A program made the position numbers and the translations under genes. Positions 1 to 10,053 of a stretch of DNA of 64,000 nucleotides are shown here, in pieces (the first letter of the stretch is position 1; every line of letters starts with the position of its first letter). Origin of the DNA: Planctomycetota bacterium (GTDB lineage Bacteria; Planctomycetota; B15-G4); the NCBI GenBank assembly GCA_965248575.1, contig CBDFJQ010000002.1:832001-896000 (forward strand). The letters run 5' to 3'. The notes under the pieces were generated by a model. It did not search any database. It was given only the letters and a program-made list of their open reading frames with translations, and was not told the origin of the DNA.

Positions 1-639
1 CCAGAGCGGTTCGCAACGGATACCCACGGAGACCACCGGGACATTCGCCCGGCAGGCGATCTCGAAGGCCGCGCGCCCGAACGGCAGGAGTTTCCCGCGG
101 GGTGATCGGGTGCCTTCCGGGAAGATGAGCAGCGGGAATCCCTGGTGAATGCGCTCAACCGCCAGGTCGAGCAGCCCACTCCCTGCCACGGGGTCCGCGC
201 CGGGCCCTTCCAGATGGCCTGCGCCTTCCAGCAATGGGTGCAGGGAACGGCGCCTGAAGAGGGCTGGCTTGGCCACCGTGCAGGCTCCCCCCAGAACGGC
301 GGTCAGGGAGGTCACATCGATCAGCGTGGGGTGGTTGGCCACCAGGACGAAGGGGCGGGGCGGTAGATCGGGGAGGGCGTTTCGATGGTTGAAGTCCGCG
401 AGACGCATGATGCGCAGCCAGTCATGCAACAGCCGGTAGGCCCCAGAGGAGAGTTTTTGTAGTCGCCAGGCACGTTGCACCGGGTCACGAGGGGCGCAGG
501 CGCAGCTGAGGGCAAAGAGGCCGTAGCCAAAGGGCGAGAGCAGCGTGTAGATGCCGATGGTCAGCATGACCCGCAGGCGGCGGGCCGTGCGCGCCAACGA
601 CGGCTGATGCTGAGCTTGGGTTTGGGGCGCCTTCGTCAC
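1..639 (-). CDS. Lysophospholipid (PlsC-like) acyltransferase, runs off the left edge
   Basis: Not in the ORF track because there is no stop in the window. Manual minus-strand translation from GTG at 639 gives PFVLVANHPTLID (NHxxxxD motif) and LLIFPEGTRS. Confidence 0.85.
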   Translation of the reverse strand, partial: MTKAPQTQAQHQPSLARTARRLRVMLTIGIYTLLSPFGYGLFALSCACAPRDPVQRAWRLQKLSSGAYRLLHDWLRIMRLADFNHRNALPDLPPRPFVLVANHPTLIDVTSLTAVLGGACTVAKPALFRRRSLHPLLEGAGHLEGPGADPVAGSGLLDLAVERIHQGFPLLIFPEGTRSPRGKLLPFGRAAFEIACRANVPVVSVGIRCEPLW

Positions 640-760
640 CCCGCTATGATACCGAGCCACTTCACGAAACGCGCCTGCCGTGGTGCCTTGAAGATGGATA
701 GGCGTGAGGTGACAGGCGTAGGCAGCGACAGGCCCCGACCGGATAGGAGAGCAAGGACTG

Positions 761-2530
761 ATGGAGGACGTGAAGCCTGTTGAGGATGGCAATGAACGGC
801 ACGATGTCGTCATTTGCGGCGGCGGGCTGGCAGGGCTTCTGCTCGCTCGTCAAATCCGACAAGAGCTCCCTCATCGCTCCGTCACGGTGCTGGAGCGCAC
901 GGAGCGCCCCCTGCCCGACGCCTGCCACAAGGTCGGGGAGTCGTCCGTCGAGACCGGTTCGCAATACCTTGAGCGCCTGGGGTTGGAGCAGTACCTGCTC
1001 GACAATCACTACGTGAAGTTGGGCCTGCGGTTCTTCCCGGGGGGCGGTGAGCTGCCGCTCCAGGAGCGCCTTGAGGTGGGGCCGTCGGCTGAACCCATCG
1101 TGCGTTCCTACCAGATCGACCGGGGGCGCTTTGAAAGCGACCTGCGCGGCATGCTGGAGGAAGATGGCGTCGACCTGCGGGAAGGCGTCCGGGTGCGTGA
1201 GTTCGAGATCGGCAAGGGCGAGACCGAGCATCGCGTTGCCTACGAACAGGATGGTGCCCGGCAGACCCTGAACGCTCGCTGGGTCGTGGATGCCACGGGC
1301 CGTGCAGCCGTCCTGCGCAGCCAACTGAAGCTCAAGCGCGGCTCCCAGCACGAGGCCAGCGCGGGTTGGTTCCGGGTCGCCGGACGGCTGGACATCAGCG
1401 ACCTGGTTCCGAAGAGCGAAGAGGAGTGGCACCGACGCCCGTGCGCTGACGAGCGCTGGCGTTCGACGAACCACTTCATGGGCACGGGCTATTGGGCCTG
1501 GGTGATCCCCCTGGCCACGGGGCACACCAGCATCGGGCTCGTCGTGCACGAAGAATCGCATCCCTTCTCGAGCGTGTCCTCACTCGAGAACGTGATGGCT
1601 TTCTTGCGGGAGAAGGAGCCGGTGCTCGCCGCAGCCTTGGAATCCTACGAGGTGAAGGACTTCCTCTGTCTGCGCAAGTACACCCACGCCATCGCCCGCT
1701 CCTGGTCTGCTGACCGTTGGGCGATCGTCGGTGAGGCGGGGGCCTTCGTCGACCCGCTCTACAGCCCGGGCACGGACTTCATCGCCTTCGCGAACTGCTT
1801 CACCACCGAGATGATGCACATCGACGAGCGCGGCGGCGATCTCGCCACGAAAGCCGTGTCGCTGAACGCGCAATACCGCGCGTTCGTGACCTCGACCACA
1901 GAGTTGTTCCGGACGGCCGGTCTGGTCTACGGGCATGCGCAAGCGATGTCGGCCAAGATCTACTGGGACAACTTCACCTACTGGTCGTACACGTGTCAGT
2001 ACTTCCAGCAGAACCTCTGGACTCTGGATCGCGACAAGGTGGAGCCCTTTGACGATGCCGGGCGGGAGTTCGTTCAGTACGGCGGTTACATCAATGCCGC
2101 CATGCGCGCCTGGGTGGACCTCAAGAACCCAGAGCCTGCACCGGTCATGATGCCGCTGCCGATGTTTCCGTCCGTACTCGTGGACGCCCATATCGCCGTG
2201 GGCCAGAAGATGGCCTACGACGAGTCCCTGGCGTATGTGCGCGAACGAGTGGCACAGGGCCGGGAGATCGCGGGGGAGCTCATGGTGCGACTTGTTCAGG
2301 AGCTGGGTCCTGAGCTCGGGGCGCAGCTCCTGGAGCGCGTGGGCTTTCCAAGCTGGGATCTCGACATATCCGCCGAACGACTCGAGGCCGAGACCTATGA
2401 CAGCATGAGCCGGCGCAAGGCCCTTTCTCCCATCGCGCGCGACGTCGAGCGAAACCTCGGTACGGTGCGGCGACACCCGCAGGCGGCGCAAGCGCGCGAC
2501 TTGCTGTTGCAGGGATGTCGGACGTCGTGA
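761..2530 (+). CDS. Flavin-dependent halogenase-like FAD oxidoreductase (589 aa)
   Basis: GGGLAG FAD motif, KVGES, WAWVIP (WxWxIP) motif, GEAGAFVDPLYSPG; AAGGA RBS upstream. Confidence 0.8.
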   Translation: MEDVKPVEDGNERHDVVICGGGLAGLLLARQIRQELPHRSVTVLERTERPLPDACHKVGESSVETGSQYLERLGLEQYLLDNHYVKLGLRFFPGGGELPLQERLEVGPSAEPIVRSYQIDRGRFESDLRGMLEEDGVDLREGVRVREFEIGKGETEHRVAYEQDGARQTLNARWVVDATGRAAVLRSQLKLKRGSQHEASAGWFRVAGRLDISDLVPKSEEEWHRRPCADERWRSTNHFMGTGYWAWVIPLATGHTSIGLVVHEESHPFSSVSSLENVMAFLREKEPVLAAALESYEVKDFLCLRKYTHAIARSWSADRWAIVGEAGAFVDPLYSPGTDFIAFANCFTTEMMHIDERGGDLATKAVSLNAQYRAFVTSTTELFRTAGLVYGHAQAMSAKIYWDNFTYWSYTCQYFQQNLWTLDRDKVEPFDDAGREFVQYGGYINAAMRAWVDLKNPEPAPVMMPLPMFPSVLVDAHIAVGQKMAYDESLAYVRERVAQGREIAGELMVRLVQELGPELGAQLLERVGFPSWDLDISAERLEAETYDSMSRRKALSPIARDVERNLGTVRRHPQAAQARDLLLQGCRTS

Positions 2531-3549
2531 CGGAGTCGGCCAGCGCCGAGGACATGGCTGCCTTGCTGGATATCTTGGGTGGGCGGGCGCGCTCCCAAGC
2601 GGTGTCCACCGCCGCAGCGTTGGGCTTGCCCGAGTTGCTGGCGCATGGTCCACGTAGCGCACAGGACCTTGCGCTTGAGCTGGGCGCTGATGAGCAAGCC
2701 GTGGGGAGGCTGCTGTCCTTCCTGGCGGGGCTCGGCTTCCTCCGCCAGGAGCAGGACGGCGCGTTGTCGTTGACGCGGCTTGGGCTGAGTCTGCGGCAGG
2801 ATGCGTTGGGCCCCCTGGCGAGCTTCCTGGGTTCGCCGGACCAATGGAACCCCTGGTCCGCGCTGCGGGACAGCCTGGGCGGAACCCAGCAGGCCGACAA
2901 CGCGTTCGTGACGACCCACGGAACTGACCTCTACAGCTACATGCGGGACCACGCGAGCGCCGCCGCGCGCTATGACGTCGCGATCGATGCGTTCACCCGT
3001 CAGGCTGCCAGGACCTTGGCCACGTCCTTTGACTTCTCCGGCATCAGCCGCCTCGTGGACGTCGGGGGCGGGCGCGGTGCGGGTTTGCAGGAACTGTTGA
3101 AGCAGTGGCCGAATCTGCACGGCGTCTTGTTCGATCTCCCGCATGTTGCTCGCGCGGCTCGAGAGCACCTGGCGCCGGAGTTGGCCGCGCGGGTGGAGTG
3201 CGTGGGTGGCGACTTCCTGAAAGATGTGCCCGGTGATGCGGACGCTTACCTGCTCAAGCACGTGCTTCACAATTGGGATGACGAGCAGGCAGTTCAACTC
3301 CTGCGCCGCTGCGCCCAGCAAGTCCCTGACACTGGTTACGTGCTGGTCCTGGAGTATGTGCTGGCGCCTGACGGCCGCATCGACACAGCACGCATGATGG
3401 ATCTGGAGATGCTCGTGCTGACCAACGGACGCGAGCGGCGCAAACCAGAACTCCGCCGCTTGATCCGTGCTGCCGGCCTCACCCTCGAAGGCGTGACGCC
3501 TCTTCCGCCAGCCAGCTGGCTGTTGGTCTGCAGGCCCATCAGGGCCTAG
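2515..3549 (+). CDS. SAM-dependent O-methyltransferase (dimerisation + Methyltransf_2 type)
   Basis: LVDVGGGRG, GDFL and KHVLHNWDD motifs; overlaps the halogenase 3' end. Confidence 0.9.
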   Translation: MSDVVTESASAEDMAALLDILGGRARSQAVSTAAALGLPELLAHGPRSAQDLALELGADEQAVGRLLSFLAGLGFLRQEQDGALSLTRLGLSLRQDALGPLASFLGSPDQWNPWSALRDSLGGTQQADNAFVTTHGTDLYSYMRDHASAAARYDVAIDAFTRQAARTLATSFDFSGISRLVDVGGGRGAGLQELLKQWPNLHGVLFDLPHVARAAREHLAPELAARVECVGGDFLKDVPGDADAYLLKHVLHNWDDEQAVQLLRRCAQQVPDTGYVLVLEYVLAPDGRIDTARMMDLEMLVLTNGRERRKPELRRLIRAAGLTLEGVTPLPPASWLLVCRPIRA

Positions 3550-4033
3550 GTCCCTGCAGCGTGCCGCCGCGCGCATCTTCGGGCGGCTTCTCGCCGTGGA
3601 TCAGGGTCAGCTGAGCACTTGCCACCAGCCGGCCCGCCTCATCGTGGGTCCACGTGTCGTAGTGGCTCAACGAGTCCGTTCCGCGCGCTTGTTCGACCCG
3701 GATCTCGAGCTTCTCGCCGAGCCGAAGGCGGGGGCGGTGGATGCTCATCGTGCGGCAGGCGATGACCATGCCGACCCGCACGCTGTGCCCGTCCTGGACA
3801 GCTTCGTGGCCGAGGCAGGCAGCCACCGTCTGGGCCATGTACTCCAAGGTCATGACGGACTCGACGCGGCCGTCGTGATCGAACAAGCCGGCCCGGACGG
3901 TCATGCGTGCCCGCGCCTTGCCCGGAGACCACTCCAACAGCTCCTCCACTGCCAGCATGGGGGGCGCGTGGGGGACGATTTCGGCGACGGGCAGCAAGGG
4001 TCCGTCGTAGCCCGCTGAGTCGGAGTGATTCAT
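3539..4033 (-). CDS. Hot-dog fold 3-hydroxyacyl-ACP dehydratase (ApeP-like)
   Basis: IVPHAPPM and LEYMAQTVAA motifs; ATG at 4033 overlaps the upstream stop (ATGA). Confidence 0.8.
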   Translation of the reverse strand: MNHSDSAGYDGPLLPVAEIVPHAPPMLAVEELLEWSPGKARARMTVRAGLFDHDGRVESVMTLEYMAQTVAACLGHEAVQDGHSVRVGMVIACRTMSIHRPRLRLGEKLEIRVEQARGTDSLSHYDTWTHDEAGRLVASAQLTLIHGEKPPEDARGGTLQGPRP

Positions 4034-4872
4034 CCGTCGCTGGGTTGCCGCAGGCCGGTGGGTGCCAGCACGGCGCTGTAACCGCGGCCGTCGCCCCGGT
4101 CCAAAGCGAGCGCCCCCTCGCGCCCTTCGAGAACAGCCATGACCAGATCCGCCAGGCCGACCTGGGGGTTGCGGGCCACGCGCTCGTCGAAGGCGGCTGG
4201 TTCCAAGGTGATGGCCTCCGAACGCTGCACGCGCAGGGTCGCGAGGCCTGGCGCCGGATGCCCGGGGGGGAGCAGGACCAGTGCTGCCGCGAGCAGGTCC
4301 CAACGCTCGGACTCGGGCACCAGCCCATCCGGGGAGGCCTCGTCACCACAGGCGACCAAGACGGGCAGGTCGGAGGTGAGCGCGAGGCCGATGCCTTCCA
4401 TCAGGCAGGCCGCTGGTGTGTCGGCATCCGCCGCGAGGGAGGTGGCGAAGCCGCGGTTGCCGTAGGAGATCGACATGAGGCCCGATGAGGCGTTGTGCAC
4501 GCTCATGGTGAAGGCTGCTGGCGACAGGGGTTCAGCGTATCGCATGGTCTGCTCGAGCATGCCTAGCAAGGTGGCCGCCTCGGCGATGGCAGAGCCCACC
4601 ACCAGGTGCACCTCCGCGGGCGAGACCGCTTCTGCGCCCGGCGAGCGACTCGCCGGGGTGTTGCTGAGGGCCTCGAAGCTCGCGTCTGCCAAGGCACGTC
4701 CCAGGAAGCTGGCGCGCCGACGGTCCCGGGGCTTGAGCGAGGTGGCAGCAGGGCGCACGAGTTCCGCATCCGCTGTGCCCGTTCTCCAGGCGTCGAGCCC
4801 GGCATAGCCCGTGCTCCAGTAGCCCAATCCAGCAATGCGCACCGCGTGGCCCGCGCTCTCGTCGCGAGTCAT
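4030..4872 (-). CDS. Beta-ketoacyl synthase chain-length factor (Ketoacyl-synt_2-like)
   Basis: SPAAFTMSVHNA signature, RRRASFLGR; ATG at 4872 coupled to the KS stop. Confidence 0.8.
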   Translation of the reverse strand: MTRDESAGHAVRIAGLGYWSTGYAGLDAWRTGTADAELVRPAATSLKPRDRRRASFLGRALADASFEALSNTPASRSPGAEAVSPAEVHLVVGSAIAEAATLLGMLEQTMRYAEPLSPAAFTMSVHNASSGLMSISYGNRGFATSLAADADTPAACLMEGIGLALTSDLPVLVACGDEASPDGLVPESERWDLLAAALVLLPPGHPAPGLATLRVQRSEAITLEPAAFDERVARNPQVGLADLVMAVLEGREGALALDRGDGRGYSAVLAPTGLRQPSDG

Positions 4873-6047
4873 GGGCTGCCCACCAGGACGCTGACGTTGT
4901 TGCCGCCGAACGCGAAGGAGTTGCTCAGCACGCGCCGGAAGGGACCGGTCCGGCAGGCGGTGGAGATGGGGAGTCCGATGGCGGGGTCGAGGGGATCCGA
5001 GTGGATGGAGCCGGGGATCCAGCCCTCCTCGACGGCGTAGGCCGCGAAGGCGAACTCGATGGCACCCGCTGCACCCAGGGTGTGGCCCGTGAAGCCCTTC
5101 GTGGAGACCACGGGCACCTGGCAACCCAGGAGGTCCTGGATGGCGCTGGACTCGGCCTTGTCGTTGAGCGGAGTGCCGGTGCCGTGGGCATTGACGTGGT
5201 CAATGTCGGCAGGCGCGCAACCCGCTTGTTGGAGCGCCGCAGCCATGGCGTCCCGGGCACCACGGCCCTCCGGGTGGGGTGCACTGATGTGATAGGCATC
5301 CGAGGATTCGCCCACACCCAGGACCGTGACCCGCGCGTCGCCCTTGCGTTCCACGAGTGCCAAGGCGCCGCCTTCCCCCAGACTGAGGCCAGCTCGGTTT
5401 GCAGCGAAAGGTCGGCAGGGGCGCTTGTCGACGACTTGCAAGGCGTGGAAGCCCTGGAGGGTCAGGTCGCAAAGAGTGTCGATCCCACCCACGATGGCGG
5501 CATCGATGAGACCAGCCGTCATGAGTCGTTGCGCGGACGCCAGGGGCTTGGCGCTGGATGAACAGGCGGTCGAGATCATCCAGGCGGGGCCTGTGGCTCC
5601 GCTGAGTTCGGAGACGACGTGCAGCACCGCGCCGAAAGTGTGTTGCCGGCGGAAATCGTAGCCGTGCGGGAGAGAACCCCGCTCGACGTACTGGCGGTAG
5701 GCCTGCTCGGTGGTCCGGGCGCCCCCCGTGCTCGTTCCCAGGATGACGGCGATGCGATCGGCAGGCCACCGGCCGCGAGCTGCTTGCAGTGGCTGCTCCA
5801 GCTGTTCGATGAGTTGGGCGGCCATGCGCGCGATGCGCGTGTCCCAAGGCGCCAGCTGTTTGGGGAGCGCTGGCAGCTCCCGGCGGACCTCGCCGACACA
5901 CGTCTCGAAATCGAGCGGCAAGCTGGGCGCTCCCAACCCGCTCCGACCCGCTCGGAGAGCCTTCAGGATCTCTGTGCGCGACGAACCCAGGGCATTCAGG
6001 TTGGCATAGCCCGTGACGGGCAGTGGGCTGACTCGTGGAATGGGCAT
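4869..6047 (-). CDS. Beta-ketoacyl-ACP synthase (aryl polyene-type KS)
   Basis: STACSSSA (catalytic Cys), HGTGT, KGFTGHTLGAAG, SNSFAFGGNN. Confidence 0.92.
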   Translation of the reverse strand: MPIPRVSPLPVTGYANLNALGSSRTEILKALRAGRSGLGAPSLPLDFETCVGEVRRELPALPKQLAPWDTRIARMAAQLIEQLEQPLQAARGRWPADRIAVILGTSTGGARTTEQAYRQYVERGSLPHGYDFRRQHTFGAVLHVVSELSGATGPAWMISTACSSSAKPLASAQRLMTAGLIDAAIVGGIDTLCDLTLQGFHALQVVDKRPCRPFAANRAGLSLGEGGALALVERKGDARVTVLGVGESSDAYHISAPHPEGRGARDAMAAALQQAGCAPADIDHVNAHGTGTPLNDKAESSAIQDLLGCQVPVVSTKGFTGHTLGAAGAIEFAFAAYAVEEGWIPGSIHSDPLDPAIGLPISTACRTGPFRRVLSNSFAFGGNNVSVLVGSP

Positions 6048-6055
6048 GGCCAGGT

Positions 6056-7282
6056 CTAGATGGCTCGCGTCCGCCGGCCATCGGCGCGCAACAGGAGTTC
6101 CTGGAAGGGGTTGTCCGTGCGCCAGACATCACCCGCCAGAACACTCATGACGCCGTGCCGCATCTCCAAGCCCGCTGGGTCATTCAGGAACATCGTCTCT
6201 GCAAAGCGCGTGTTGTAGAAACGGTCGATGAGTTGCGCGAAGGTGCGGTACACCCGGTCCATGCGATCGTGCTGCGGGGCCAGCAGCTCGGCATCCGCCT
6301 CGGTCCCTGCATCGAGGGCCGACCCGAGCAGGTCGGCCACGTCCTCTGCACCGCGCATGGCGAGCACGACGCCCGAGGAAAAGACGGGGTCGAGGAAGCA
6401 GGCAGCGTCCCCGATGACTCCGAAGCGTGACCCGCTGGATTGGGTGTTGCGGTAGCTGAAGTTCCGGATGACGCCGGTTTGCACGCGGGTCGCCCCGGCT
6501 GTCCAGCGCTTGACGAGTGGGCCCGACAAGAAGCCCTGCTCGCCATCGAGAGACTCCAGGCTGACCTTGCTCTGCGAAACCACGCCGAGACTCAGGCGAC
6601 GGCCAGGCAGTGGGATCATCCAGCCCCAGCCGTCCTTGCGCAGCAAGATGCGCACGTCGTTGCCTTCGCCGATGGCCTCCAGCGCGTCATCGCTCAGGTG
6701 CTCGAAGCGGGAGTAGACGGCGGCGGCTCCGAAGCATTCGTAGGGTTTCACGCTGTCCAGTGCCCGACCCAGGAAACGGTCTTGGCCGGAGGCGTCGAGG
6801 AAGAAGCGCGCCTGATAGGTCTTCAGCGTTTCGGGCTCTGTCTCATTGAGCGCGTGCACGACGACCCCCGAATCGCCGAACTCCACGTCCGTGACGGTTG
6901 TGCCGTGCAGAACCCGGGCGCCGCTTTGCAGAGCGACGTCGCGCAATTGGGTGTCGAAGTCAGCCCGATCGACGTGCCACGCGTGCTCGGGGCAGCCAGG
7001 CAGCGCGTCGTGGAAGGGGAAGGTCTGCGAGCGGCCGGTCTCCTCGCACACGAACTCGGCGCCGCGCTTGTAGAGATAGATGTCGCCCTGCGGTTTCACG
7101 CCCAGGCGCTCCAGGATGGGCATGCCGGCAGGGAGCAGGGATTCGCCCACGTGAAAGCGTGGGAACTGCTCCTTCTCGAGCACCGTCACGCTGTGGCCCA
7201 TGCGAGACAGGAGTGCCGCCGCTGTGGAACCCGCCGGGCCAGCGCCCACGATCAGCACGTCTTGAATGGGTGGTGTGCTCAA
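6056..7282 (-). CDS. NAD(P)/FAD-dependent oxidoreductase, halogenase-like
   Basis: GAGPAG, FPRFHVGESLLP, WGWMIP (WxWxIP), GDAACFLDPVFSSG. Confidence 0.85.
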   Translation of the reverse strand: MSTPPIQDVLIVGAGPAGSTAAALLSRMGHSVTVLEKEQFPRFHVGESLLPAGMPILERLGVKPQGDIYLYKRGAEFVCEETGRSQTFPFHDALPGCPEHAWHVDRADFDTQLRDVALQSGARVLHGTTVTDVEFGDSGVVVHALNETEPETLKTYQARFFLDASGQDRFLGRALDSVKPYECFGAAAVYSRFEHLSDDALEAIGEGNDVRILLRKDGWGWMIPLPGRRLSLGVVSQSKVSLESLDGEQGFLSGPLVKRWTAGATRVQTGVIRNFSYRNTQSSGSRFGVIGDAACFLDPVFSSGVVLAMRGAEDVADLLGSALDAGTEADAELLAPQHDRMDRVYRTFAQLIDRFYNTRFAETMFLNDPAGLEMRHGVMSVLAGDVWRTDNPFQELLLRADGRRTRAI

Positions 7283-8028
7283 CGGAAGCCGCCGTCGATG
7301 CCGATCACCTGGCCCGTGATGTAGGCAGCCTCTGACGACGCAAGGAAGGAGACAAGGGAAGCCACCTCCTCGGGTTGGCCGACTCGGCGCATGGGGATCA
7401 TGGACGTCACGTCGATGGGGATGGACTCGATCATGTCAGTGCCGATCAGCCCGGGGGCCACGGCATTCACGGTGATCTTGCGCTTGGCGAGCTCCAGGGA
7501 GAGCGACCGCGTGGCACCCAGGATACCGGCCTTGGCGGCGGCATAGTTCACCTGCCCGCGATTGCCCCGCAAGGCGGAGATGGAGGACATGGAGATGATT
7601 CGGCCCCACTTCTGTTGGACCATGGGCATCACCAGCGGTTTGGTGACGTTGAAGAAGCCCTGCAGCGTCGTGTCGATCACGGCGTCCCACTGCTCCCCGT
7701 TCATGGCAGGGAAGGCTGCGTCCTGTGAGATGCCTGCGTTGTTGACCAGCACCGCGATGGGAGTGGGCTCCGCCAGCAGCCGATCGATCGATTCCTGGGT
7801 GGCTTCGCGGTCTGCCACATCGAAACCCACGGCAACGGCCTCGCCGCCGGCAGAGCGGATCTCCTCGACCACCTGGGCCGCGGCCGCCTCGCCCGTGCGG
7901 TAGTTGACCACGACTTCGTAGCCATCGGCAGCGAGGCGCCGTGCCACCGCAGCGCCGATCCCACGGCTGCCGCCCGTAATCAGCGCTCGTCGCTTTGGAG
8001 TGCTGCCCGTGGAGGGCGTGGGCGTCAC
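7279..8028 (-). CDS. fabG: 3-oxoacyl-ACP reductase
   Basis: TGGSRGIG, NNAG, YAAAK, NAVAPG SDR motifs; in operon with the KS. Confidence 0.9.
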   Translation of the reverse strand: MTPTPSTGSTPKRRALITGGSRGIGAAVARRLAADGYEVVVNYRTGEAAAAQVVEEIRSAGGEAVAVGFDVADREATQESIDRLLAEPTPIAVLVNNAGISQDAAFPAMNGEQWDAVIDTTLQGFFNVTKPLVMPMVQQKWGRIISMSSISALRGNRGQVNYAAAKAGILGATRSLSLELAKRKITVNAVAPGLIGTDMIESIPIDVTSMIPMRRVGQPEEVASLVSFLASSEAAYITGQVIGIDGGFR

Positions 8029-8585
8029 TCGCCAATCTCCGTCGCCACGCCCGCCTCATCAAACGCCACCAGGAACGTCGACCAGCGCGAGCTCCAGTAC
8101 TTCCAGCTAGAAGACTCCTGGCTGGGAGTTCCGGACGCCGGTGGGGGGCCCAAGGCGAGCAGCACGTCTGCCTTGTGCATGCCCGTCAAAGCTTTGCCTG
8201 CTTCGATAGCCGTGCGCTGCTCGTCGCTGTAGCTGCTGAGGTCGACGGGTTGGGCGGCAAACATCTCCTCGAAGGCCGTGGCCATGTCCTTGCCCGTGTG
8301 CTTGGCCATGTTCTGGACCAGCAGGGGGGAGCCGCTGTTCTTGATGATCAGCTTGGTCTGGCGCGAGTTGACGGCGATCAATTCGACCTCGGTGTTGATG
8401 GGCAGCAGCAGCCCACGCCGGTAGTTGGTGGTGGGGTAACGGCCCTTCTCGTAGCGCACGCTGAACTGGCTGTAGTAGGTCCCCCCCGGCGGATAGTCCA
8501 GGTTCATGGGGGAAGCACAGGCCGCGCTCAGGAGGGCCAGGCTGCAGATCAGCAGGGGGAGGTGCGGGCGGCGGAGCGTGAGCAC
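8025..8585 (-). CDS. Putative lipoprotein with SmpA/OmlA-like C-terminal segment
   Basis: Hydrophobic signal ending LSAAC; GMHKADVLLALGPP...WKY; stop overlaps the fabG start. Confidence 0.6.
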   Translation of the reverse strand: MLTLRRPHLPLLICSLALLSAACASPMNLDYPPGGTYYSQFSVRYEKGRYPTTNYRRGLLLPINTEVELIAVNSRQTKLIIKNSGSPLLVQNMAKHTGKDMATAFEEMFAAQPVDLSSYSDEQRTAIEAGKALTGMHKADVLLALGPPPASGTPSQESSSWKYWSSRWSTFLVAFDEAGVATEIGE

Positions 8586-8670
8586 GGGCAGATCCTCGAA
8601 TCACGGAAGAACGAAGGAACGGAAAACGGAAGCGCTGATTCTTCTCTCGCTGCGCCGTGGGTTCAAGTCG

Positions 8671-10053
8671 TCAGCGGGACATGCCTCGCATGGCGGCCAT
8701 GCGTTCGCGAAGGATCGGCAGCAAGGCCAGGGGCTCGTCACCAGCCTCGCCTGTTCCAAACAGGGCGGCGCTGGGATCTTCAGCCGACGCTGCCCACTCC
8801 AAGGTCATGCGCAAGGTTGGCTCGGCGGGGTCATCCACCAGGATCGTGAGGCGGGTCGGCTGCGCGCGATTGTATTCGAGACGCAGTTGCGACAGCGCAG
8901 GGCCCTCCCCGTCGCCGGGCGCCGCCTCGGCCGATGGCATGCCAGCGAAGGGGGCTGCGGGGCCCGCGAGGGCCACCATGCCTTCGTCATCCAGCACCAC
9001 CTCCAAGGCGGACATCCTCAGCAGGGCGTCGAGGGCATCCAACGGGTTGGACAGGGCGGGGTTGACCTCCATCAACAAGGTCATGGGCAGGGGGATGGGC
9101 ACTTCATCCATGAGCTCGCGCGCGTCGTCCCGCGTGATCCGGGTCCAGCCTTCGGTGGGCAGGGGCGAGGGCATGAAAGGGGAGGCGCTGCTGAACTTCA
9201 GGTGTAGGACCTTCCCGTCGTCGAGCACCGCCTCCGTCTCCTCCATGTCGCCGGGCATGCCCGGCAGGGACATGCTGCGAACCGCCTCGAGCCGGGTGCC
9301 CATGCTGCCGCCCAGGATCAAGGTGCCCTTGCGGGTCTTGCGCAGGTCGAGGGCTTCGCCCTCGGGGCCGCCCATGCGAATGGCGCCGGGCATGAGCAAG
9401 GCCTGCTCGAAGGTCAGGATGCCGCCTGCCGCAGACAAGTTCGCGCGCAGGGTTTCGAGGTGACGTGTGGCGTCGGCCGAGTGCGTGCCGTCCACGCGCA
9501 TCATCTCGGCGCGTGCTTCCTCACTCAGCCTCGGCGCGGCCTCCTCTTCGGGCGCCTGACCGGTGATGACGCGTTCGAGGGTGCGGTCCATGGCCATGGG
9601 GTGGCCGATGTATTGGATGATGCCTTCGCGGTCGACGATGAAGCTGCATGGGATGCCGGCTTGCCCGGCGGCTTCCATCCAGTCGATGTGCATGGAGCGG
9701 TCCGGGTCGGTGCTCATGCGGTAACGGGTGACGCCCGCGTGGCGGTCCTTGGCGAGGAAGGGCTCCACCGTGTCGAGCTTCTCGTCGCTGACGCCGATCA
9801 CCACGAGATCGTCGCCATACTTCTCCTGCGTTTCGGAGAGGTGCGGGAAGGCCTGGATGCACGGCTTGCACCAGGTGGCCCAGAACTCCACCAAGATGAC
9901 CTTGCCCTCAGGAAAGCCGTCGACGCGCTCGCCCTTCACGAAATGCTCGATGGAAAGCGCCGGAGCCTTGTCGCCAACGGACAGACGGTTTTGGGCCGAG
10001 GCGGGGGCGCTGAACAGGCACAAACACAAGGCGGCGGCTGCAAGAAGCTTCAT
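8671..10053 (-). CDS. Exported TlpA-family thiol-disulfide oxidoreductase with C-terminal extension
   Basis: Signal peptide; VEFWATWCKPC; GIPCSFIVDREG. Confidence 0.85.
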   Translation of the reverse strand: MKLLAAAALCLCLFSAPASAQNRLSVGDKAPALSIEHFVKGERVDGFPEGKVILVEFWATWCKPCIQAFPHLSETQEKYGDDLVVIGVSDEKLDTVEPFLAKDRHAGVTRYRMSTDPDRSMHIDWMEAAGQAGIPCSFIVDREGIIQYIGHPMAMDRTLERVITGQAPEEEAAPRLSEEARAEMMRVDGTHSADATRHLETLRANLSAAGGILTFEQALLMPGAIRMGGPEGEALDLRKTRKGTLILGGSMGTRLEAVRSMSLPGMPGDMEETEAVLDDGKVLHLKFSSASPFMPSPLPTEGWTRITRDDARELMDEVPIPLPMTLLMEVNPALSNPLDALDALLRMSALEVVLDDEGMVALAGPAAPFAGMPSAEAAPGDGEGPALSQLRLEYNRAQPTRLTILVDDPAEPTLRMTLEWAASAEDPSAALFGTGEAGDEPLALLPILRERMAAMRGMSR

